Source of the DNA: Octopus vulgaris
Taxonomy: Eukaryota
Assembly (NCBI GenBank): GCA_951406725.2
Contig: OX597819.1
Span: forward strand, 82,832,001 to 82,896,000
Length of the DNA stretch: 64,000 bases
Direction: 5' to 3'
In this document: in pieces, positions 55,002-64,000 of the stretch
How the letters are laid out: each line of letters begins with the position of its first letter
How positions within the stretch are numbered: the first letter of the stretch is position 1
Position numbers and translations under genes: made by a program
Notes under the pieces: model-generated
Seen by the model: only the letters and a program-made list of their open reading frames with translations
The model's database searches: none
Told to the model about the DNA's origin: nothing

Positions 55002-55089
55002 GACTTTTTGTCTGATGTCATTTTGTCCAATGTCACTTCGTCCATGTCTTTTGGTCTGACATCTTTTTGTCTGATGATTTTTGTCCAAC
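55002..55089 (+). repeat. Six degenerate 14-15 bp tandem repeats (consensus ~gtcttttgtcygay)
   Basis: gactttttgtctgat / gtcattttgtccaat / gtcacttcgtccat / gtcttttggtctgac / atctttttgtctgat / gatttttgtccaac. Confidence 0.8.
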
Positions 55090-55149
55090 AACGTTGGAGG
55101 AAAAGACATAGCACCATATCATATATATATATAAGTGTATATATCATAT

Positions 55150-55262
55150 ATAAATATATATATATATATATTAAATATAAATATATATATATATATATAT
55201 TAAATATAAATATATATATATTAAATATAAATATATATATATTAAATATAAATATACATATA
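55150..55262. repeat. AT-only minisatellite, unit ~ (TA)n-ttaaatataaa
   Basis: Four copies of attaaatataaat separated by TA runs. Confidence 0.8.
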
Positions 55263-55267
55263 TATAT

Positions 55268-55603
55268 TTCATTTTTGGATTTGGTTTGCAAGATTCTTTA
55301 TGTGAGTTTGTGTGTTAAAGCATATTCTGTTGTGTCTGGGGAGAGTCATTCTCTTTTGGTGCCTTATAATTTAACACGCTCGCCAGTAAAATTTCTACTT
55401 ATTTCTTTTTTATTTTTCCAAAATTTTTTGTTGCATCTTGCGACCTTTTCAATAGTTGAGAGAGTCAAAACTATTGAAAAGGTTACAAGACACAATGAAA
55501 CTTTTTAATAAATAAAAAAGAAATAAGTGGAAATTTTACCGGTGAGTGTGTTAAATTATTAGGCACCAAAAGAGAATGACTTTCCCCAGACACAACAGTA
55601 TAT
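55268..55603. mobile_element. TA-flanked asymmetric palindrome (PLE pLTR-like)
   Basis: Arms ~55322-55457 and ~55469-55603, a loop of ~11 nt and extension 55268-55321. Confidence 0.6.
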
Positions 55604-57139
55604 ATATATATATTATATATGTAAATATATAAAAATGTTATGTTATATATATATAAATATATACATACACATATATATATAATGTATAAATGTCATATAG
55701 TTATAAATATATATATTTGTATATATATAAAAATATATATATGTAAATATATATGTATGTCTATATATATAAATATATGTAATATACATATATATATATA
55801 TATATATAGCATACATATAAATATATTATATTCAGATATGTATATGTATGTATGTATGCATTTGTATATATATCCATGTATGTAATTTGTGTGAGTGTTT
55901 GTGTGTGTGTGTGTGTGTTTGTTTACATGTGTATGTAGAAATACTTTATGCATCATTTTATTTTTTATTAATCTTAAATACTATGTTTAATTAATTGTTG
56001 AATTTGCAATGGATGCTTTTAAAATTTTACCAGTTTCTAACATCAAATAGCATTATAATGTAGTACCCCAATATTTGTTAGAAGCCTAAAATTTTAGATA
56101 ACTGTTCCGTAGGTGTGTTTGTTAAAAGAAATTAATGAACTGAAAAGCTATAGTAAATGACTGAGAGAACAAAAATCTTAACATATTACTAAACTTTTAA
56201 AAATATATACTTAAATACTAATATGCTTAAGACCATTGTATTTTACTAATTTTTTTAAATGCCTTAGAATCATAACATAAGTAAAGGCATATTGCTCATT
56301 TAGAACTTCTACTAACCACTTTTCTTCAACACTTGTAGAGATTTTAATCTTCTGCTTCACACTGTCTTCAACTCCATGCTCCAAACATTTCAACTTTGAC
56401 TTCTGAACTCTGCTACTCTGCTGCTCTCTAGAATGGTATTTTTCATTTATTTTTTTTAAACTCTTATTTTATTTACTTTTTTTTTGCTTTTTTTTCTTCA
56501 TTTATTAATTGTCTTCTTTTTACTTTCTAATTCACTTCATCTATTTCCTTTCTCTATCTAATTAAGAATAATCATTACAAGAATAATGCAAACTGTTAAT
56601 TTCATGAATGATTTATACAAATCTGTTTATTTTGATCTTTTTTTTTTTTATTCTTGTTTGGAACCAGAATGTCTTTTGAGTTTGTTTCTGAAAACATTTA
56701 CTACAATTACTTTACATGTCTTTTGTTTTGTAAATACCAAAACTTTCTTTAGTTGATTAAGATTTTTTTTTGTTCAATTCTCTCATTCGAATTTTAATAA
56801 AATTTTAATTTTTTTTATCACTTGATGATAGAGCATAAATTTTAAGTTAAATTTACATTGTAAAATATTTATTAGAATTATAAATTGATATTGTTAAAGA
56901 CTTTGCAAAAATATTCCTTAAATTATATTTTGGAAAGGATTCCTAACAAAAATATAATTCATTTTATTCAACTTATAAAAAAACACATTTCTTTGTTTTT
57001 CTTCTTTTCTTCCATTAATCTGTTATTCAAATTCTGTACTTCCTTTCTGTCAACGCCTAACATTTTTTCTCTCCTTTCCATTGGGTTTTCGTGTCAATTG
57101 ACAAATACTGAGCAGAACATTAACACTAAGAACTGATGT

Positions 57140-57220
57140 TACTGTTATTATTATTATCATTATTATTATTACTATTATTATTATTATTATTATTATTATT
57201 GTTATTATTATTATTATTAT
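57140..57220. repeat. (TTA)n microsatellite
   Basis: Directly visible. Confidence 0.95.
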
Positions 57221-60200
57221 GTAATGATGCTATCTTTTTCCAGCAGGCTACAGTTGTCATAACAGTGTGTCATTATAGTTTATATTCTTTTTCCTTTTAC
57301 TTTCTTTTTTTTCTTCTTTTGTTTCAGAGTAATATTCATATTATATTATGCATATCACCATTAAATGTTCATTTTTAGATTTTCATTCAATACTCAAACT
57401 GCATCTTTCTAGAAAACAGATCCAATTTCATCCAATAGTGAGTTGGATTTTAAGAAGGATATAGATTTTGAATTGATAATTCCTCTGTAAAAATAGCCTG
57501 ACCTTTTTTCTATTGATTGAGATACTTTTTCAGTATTGAAATTACATGTCATAATATTTTCTGTGATATTTGAAACTTGATAAATATATATTGACTGTGT
57601 AAATGTTAGTACAAACAGATTTAAATCCAAATTTATACATCTGGAAAAATATACTAATGATGAACTATAGTTAGCTATTTTATACAGTAAATTTTAACTT
57701 TGTATTTAATAAAATTTTATTTTTCTAAATATAATTAAAATATGAAACTATTTTTCTGGTTGTATGACTTTATGACTAAAAATAGATTTTTACATGTTTA
57801 GCATTTTCTCTAATTATAAACCAAATAGAATGTAAAAGTTTTTAAGCAAGCTCTTGTCAATTCATAAAATCAAAATTTTTAAAAAATTATTTAAAGACTA
57901 AATGAATTTATTTAATATTAAATATATTCTTGATTTGCATTAGTAGCTTAAAAAAAGTAAAATGACTGCATTTTTTTCCAGCATAATGTAGTTTAATAAA
58001 AGTATTATATATTCCATAAATAAATCCTGAAATTATATGTCTTAGAAATATATTGCAAACTAAATATTGAACTCTGTAATTACTTTTTGAATGTTTCTCA
58101 GTTTTAAAATAAATTTTAACCATGCTCATTTACACTAAAATCTTATAGCACATTTACTCATAAAATGACTTGATATAAACCTGATGTAGTTTGAAATATA
58201 ACTGTTGATCTATTAATTCAATTACATTTGATGTAATAAGAGTAAAGGTTAATATTTTCCCCTCAAACTGAAATAATTGATACATCTATTTTAAAACAGT
58301 CTTTTCTTCTAGTATATTTTTTATCAGGCAAGTCATAGCTTACTGATATATTGTTCAGTATTTTATAGCCTAATATGTTGAAGATGCTTGGTTTCACTAA
58401 AGAGCTCTAAATTTTACTCTTTAAGATTAAAGGATACTATCAGTACATTCAGTTGCTTCTGTTGTGTTAAATAACTGCTTTGAAGCAAAGAGCACCTCTG
58501 TTTATGCAAAACCAAATATATTACATTGTAGTCAATCAAACTAATACATATTTATTCAACAAGTTATGTAGAATTCTGGTTATTTAGGTTGAATTGAAAT
58601 ATAGATAGTGAAGATGTCTATGGAAAATATTTCAGAATCATAAATTCATAGCCGACTATTGATGCTAAACCAAAGAGTTAGTCTCATTATTAAACAGTCA
58701 CTTGGACATTTTTAGAGAATTTATCACTCACATATCAAGCTGAATAGAAATCCAGTGCTACAAAATCATAGAAACTAAATGATTTGGTTATTTGTGACAT
58801 AAAAACTCAAAATCAAACATTATTCTTCAATGTAGGTTATAATCTGTGACTTTCTTGTTTACCAAATAATTTCTGATTGTTGGGAAAGAATCAGTAATGA
58901 GGAAGGAAGGGAGAAATAGGTAAAGGCAAAATTTCTACGAGTGTTGAGAAGCCAGTTCATATAATAAATGTAATAAGTAGATCTTAATAGAATTATTATT
59001 GAAACAGAATAGAAACAAATGTCATTTATACCAACATGTTGATTACGTATTTCTCTAGTATTAAGAGTATCGATTATTGGAAAACAAATGAAGCACAGGA
59101 TATTTTCAAGAAATATTGAATAAAAGTTACATTTGATATAATACACAAGTTATTAGAGGACATCATAAATTATTTTTGCGCATTTATTGAGCAGTTTGAA
59201 ATGTAAGTTAATTTTCTCCAAATCTCTTTGCAGCTTTGTTCTTATTTTAATAAATCTTTTTTTTATGTTTCTGTTATCATTTAGTTGCCTACGTGTATCA
59301 GTTAAGTTTTCAAATAATCAAAATTTTCAGTGCTTCAAATATTAGTCATAACATATTTGTTGGTGTAATGATTAATCCATTAAAAAATCGACTAGGCTTT
59401 TAAATGAAACTTACCATTTTCATCAATTAAATAGATCAAAAACTTGACACAATTCTTTGAAAATGAGTGACCTTGTAGGATTTCATATATATATATAGAT
59501 ATATAGTATTTAAATATGAGCTACTAATAGTTTCATGCTGTTGAAACACAATAATTCAGCAGATTTATATATCATGCCTTGTGTCACCAAGCAATCCTAT
59601 AGGCTCAGTTTTTCAAATAAGACCCGCCGTGTGTATTCAAGCCTGAAGGATTGCTCAGAGACACAAGGCAAAAGAACAATTCATAGCTTATATTTAAATA
59701 CTCTGTATATTAAATGATACTAGATGGAGTACTTTTTTCGTTGATCCTACTAATAATGAAAGGTTAAACTCTATTAAGGAAAAATTGCAGACAAAATTTG
59801 AACCCATGAAGTCAAATTTACAACTAGATAAATAACTCATACTGAAAGAGTAATTAATGATCTGAACATCTACATTATCATGTTCTTGCAAAGGCCATTT
59901 GACAAAACTATAGATAAGTGAATGTTGTGTAGCTGGGCTCGAAAATTAAATCTTATAAAGAATTTTCCAATAAAACTTTGATTTAATGGTCCATTCTGTC
60001 AGATTTTAAAATACCTATTTCAAGACACTTTTTCTATTGCAACAAACTATTAAATTTTGAAAATTTGGCTTTTTATAAGGGTAATTTATTCCCATATTAC
60101 AATAACATCATTCTTAATTGTTCAATAAATTTCCATCTTAATTTTCAAATAGTTTGCTAGCAGAAACTCAGCTAATTGAGGTTTATCCCTTTCCATGTTA

Positions 60201-60779
60201 TGAAGTCCTACTTACAATTCCAAATGCATAAAGTGAACTGAGATGCCTCAGTCAGGAAACAAAAGTCTCTTGTAGACATGGTTCACTAATAGCTTTTGTA
60301 CTACTGAAGAGTACACATGTTAAATGGTTCATCCTTTAAGCAATAAGCACTTTTGAAATGAATCAATCTGTTACGATGTGAAGATATTTCAACATCGTTT
60401 CTTTTTATCATATTTTTAATTAAAAATAAATTACTTTACATCCAATAAAATATTTATGCAAAATTTTTTGAGTTGTTTCAAAAAGGTCTTTCTGCTGAAT
60501 AATCATTCTAGTTTTTGCTCATTGAATTTTTTCCCTACTTAATAGTTAGAAAATAAGGAAATAAATTTTGGTTATCACTAGACTTCTAGAAATACCTATT
60601 GTTAAATTTAATCTTTAATTAAAAATAAAGCTAAAATAGACTACACTAAATGATTTGTGACCACTAAATAGATCTATAAAGATTAGTATCTGAAATTTCT
60701 TGGAAAATATCCACTTAAGCTTAAGTAGATAGGCTTGTAAAATTTTATTATTTTGCTGGGACATCATATAAGTTAACAG

Positions 60780-60780
<1 letters not shown>

Positions 60781-60838
<58 letters not shown>
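60781..60838. repeat. (TTA)n microsatellite
   Basis: Directly visible. Confidence 0.95.
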
Positions 60839-61180
60839 CCGAAGTTTCATTAGTTTTCAATTTAAATTATTTTCATTTTTTTTCTTAAATGGCCAATACA
60901 ATTTAATAGAGTTGAAGATTAAACGTATTAATTTTGTTTAGTATCATTCAAAAGTTCCTTCAAAAAATTTCTTTCTTCATTTCCTAGTTTATCACAATCT
61001 AAAGAGAGAATTAATTCCTTAATTACCTATGTATATATATATATATATATATATACAAATGTGTGTTTGTATATATATGCATATATATGTATGTATGTAT
61101 ATATGTGTGTATATATATGTATGTATATATATGTATATATATATGTATGTGTATATATATATATATATATATATGTATAT

Positions 61181-61407
61181 AAGGGAGAATTCACAAAAAA
61201 AACAAAAGGCGAAGACAGGTGATGCAAGCAACAAACTGATGTATTAGTTTAACGCTTGGGAAGTGAAAAAGTCTTTAACATTTCGAGCCTATGCTCTTCC
61301 ACAGAAAGTAACAGGAAGAGAAAATTTAGAATGTGTAGTGGCTAGTGATCTATCATAGCAAATGACAGACAGAGGGGTCACATAGGAGAACTACGAAGAA
61401 GGGGAGG
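61181..61407 (-). mobile_element. TA-flanked short element with minimal hammerhead-like motif (PLE pLTR-like, single arm)
   Basis: Minus strand 61308-61273 reads CTTT CTGTGGA A GAGC ATAG GCTC GAAA TG TT AAAG. Inserted between TA tracts. Confidence 0.55.
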
Positions 61408-61559
61408 TATATATATATATATGTATGTATGTATATATGTGTGTGTATATATATATATGTGTGTATATATATATATATATATACATATATATAGGTATAT
61501 GTATATATGTGTGTGAGTATGCATATATATGCATACATATGCATGCATACACAAAAACG

Positions 61560-61860
61560 TAGAAATACTAGGTTTTTTTGAGGAAAGAGCAAAAGAAATT
61601 GACACTGGTTCTCCAAATCCAATCTATTAGTGGTGCAATGAAGATTTGTAAGACACTTCAAAGATTCTCCATCTGAGATTTTTTAGATTAATAGATGCAC
61701 ACACTTGGCTGTGGGCATTGGCAGCTTGACCAATACAGCAACTCAGCCAGATATTTACAAACACCTGGAATTCTTTTAGCTTAAAAAGTCTTGTTGTTTT
61801 GTTAGTGGCTGGCTTGAACTTTCTGACAAAGAATTTAGCTAAAACTTCAAGAAAAAACAT
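61560..61860 (+). mobile_element. Possible 3' end of an RLE-type non-LTR element
   Basis: A frame reads [30 protein letters not shown], resembling RLE-element C-termini. It is followed by a UTR-like stretch and an A-rich end. Confidence 0.3.
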
Positions 61861-61862
61861 AC

Positions 61863-62032
61863 ATAGGCACAAGTGTGGCTGTGTGGTTAGAAGTTTGCTT
61901 CCCAGCCACAAGGTTCAGAGTTCAGTCCCATTGCAAAGCATCTTGGGTAAGTGTCATCTACTATAACTGTGAGCTGATCAAAGCCTTGTTTGTGGTTTTA
62001 GTAGGCAGAAACTGAAAGAAGCCCGTCGTGTA

Positions 62033-62077
<45 letters not shown>

Positions 62078-62289
62078 GTCTTTGTGTCTGTGTTTGGCTC
62101 CCACTTGGCAACCGGTGTTGGTGTGTTTGCATCACCATAACTTGGCATTTTGGCAAAAGAGATTGATAGCATAAGTCCCAAGCTTAAAAAATATGTACTG
62201 GGGTCAATTCATTTGACTAAAAGAAATTCAAGGTAGTGCCCCAGCATGACCGTAGTCTAATGACTGAAACAAGTTAAAGATAAAAGATA
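61863..62289 (+). mobile_element. Intact-architecture SINE family A (tRNA head - internal TA microsatellite - body - AAAAGAT tail)
   Basis: A-box-like tggctgtgtggttagaag and B-box-like agttcagtccc; TA tract 62029-62077; tail gccccagcatgaccgtagtctaatgactgaaacaagttaaagataaaagata. Confidence 0.85.
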
Positions 62290-62310
62290 CATATCTATGT
62301 TTATGTACAC

Positions 62311-62314
<4 letters not shown>

Positions 62315-62363
<49 letters not shown>

Positions 62364-62374
62364 TAGACACATTG

Positions 62375-62429
<55 letters not shown>
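62315..62429. repeat. (TA)n/(CA)n microsatellites
   Basis: Directly visible. Confidence 0.95.
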
Positions 62430-62430
<1 letters not shown>

Positions 62431-64000
62431 CTTCACTTTGATTAAAACTGAAGAAAAAGATGAATAAGCCTCATAGCCAATGCTAGATGTATGTCAATAA
62501 TTTGGTTATTTGCTTAAATAACTATAACTTTAAACTTACAAGGCCACCGTCAGTTCTTCTTTTAAAAACAAATAATAATCAGACTTACTGTTATAATTAT
62601 TACTTAGTGCAATGAAACAAATGAAAAAGGGTTTCAGATGTCTAATTTATTATTGTTTATTGCAGATTTATTTTGTTTAGTAAATTTATTTCTTCATTCT
62701 AAGATTTTTCTTATGTTTATCAGAAACAACTCTAGTATTGATAGCTGTTTGTACCCCTTAATAAACTAATGCTCTAGTATGGGCACAAGCCACTGACTAA
62801 AATCAGTAAAATAATGGTTTCTGATTTGAAAGTGAGGGTTTGCATCGCTGGAAAATATATGATTGAAAAGAATTTTCTTTTGTGCTATGATTTAAGCTAT
62901 TATCCTGACTAATAGAATATAGCATTTTGTTTGATGACAGATTTGTAAATACATTGTTACAAGGTCTGCTTTGTAATTGTGTTATCAACATAACATATGT
63001 TAACGATTTCTAAATTAGTCAAGCATTTTTCTATTAGTAAAGTAGCCAGATACATAGATATTCTAATAAATTATTTTATTGTCGTGAAGTATATAATATG
63101 TAATAGGTTTCTAAATTTGATTTACTGATGAAAATTCAAATGTAAATAAAATGTTTCATTTGCTAATAAAGTGCTTCTCTACAAAGAAACATTGAGTATA
63201 CACATTAAAAACCATATTGTTTCAATACTATCTCAAGCTAAAATATTTGTTAGATTTCTTTTAGTTAAGAATGATTTACTTTCCTCCTTATCAATCAAAA
63301 GAAGATCGCATGTGAAATATTTTTAGATGAAAGGCACTTTGCTAGCATATAATTTTATTAAGTGGATTTATTCAGTTACATTTCAATTCTTCATAAAGCA
63401 AAGTATGATTAATATTTTTCTTAAATCTGGTAATATTTAATTTTCATTAACAAATTTTTTGAAAGTTGGAATCAAAGTATCAATGATTTTGTGTTATCTG
63501 TTCTTATTCAGAAATAAATGTCATGATTAATATTATGTTTTATCTCCAGAAAGAAGTACTTTGCTCAAAACATTCATTTTAGCTTTAATAAAATTTTTAA
63601 AATATTTGAAATTTTCAAAACGTTTTTGTGTATTTGAATGTAGTCTATCATATCATTTTATTAGTTTTATTTTGATGCCATATACTTTTATTTATCCTCT
63701 ATTATTTTATTCACTTATCAGGAATTTTTTTTCTTTCATCAAATGTTTTATGAGAATTATCAATACCAGCAATTTCTTCATTGTTATTTCTCATTCTATA
63801 TGATTTGTTTTGATAATATTTACATATTCTTTAAAAATATTTTCTTGCTAGAGAATATTGAACCAATCATAAACTTCACAATATATGTTTATTTTTTCCT
63901 TTAGTCTAATATTATCAATCATATGCATTCATATACACACAAATATGCATGTATGCTCACACATGCATTTGGTTATATTCTACTGCATTACAATGCATGT

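Larger units (their letters stand above)
49845..64000 (+). other. Probable long intron downstream of the follistatin exon
   Basis: Begins with GTAAGA. No open-frame Cys-rich follow-on exon was seen before the window end. Confidence 0.55.

Noticed and set aside
55002-55089. CRISPR-like array
   Set aside because: Units are contiguous with no unique spacers, the context is eukaryotic, and no cas genes are present.

Overview
Very AT-rich, CpG-depleted eukaryotic DNA, dense in (TA)n/(CA)n/(TACA)n/(TTA)n microsatellites and decayed SINEs. It looks like an octopus-type cephalopod genome, which is an inference from repeat content. The only host coding sequence I can support is one 213-bp phase-1/phase-1 exon (49632-49844, +) encoding a follistatin-N + Kazal module that resembles invertebrate agrin, so the rest of the window is probably giant intron. 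The intron holds several tRNA-derived SINE families, a full-length but dead Tc1/mariner (maT/DD37D-like) element, an internally deleted mariner, a mariner-type MITE, and fragments of R4/Dong-like (RLE), CR1-like and RTE-like LINEs. Three observations stand out. (i) Five unrelated long asymmetric palindromes and one single-arm element sit in microsatellites, and several carry a degenerate minimal hammerhead-ribozyme layout (CTGnnnA-stem II-GAAA-stem III) typical of Penelope-like-element pLTRs. (ii) Elements are repeatedly nested in the internal microsatellite of one SINE family. (iii) There is a consensus-like candidate recursive splice site (AG|GTATGT) at 5950-5957. Most listed ORFs are microsatellite artefacts. 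Repeat boundaries were read by eye and are approximate.
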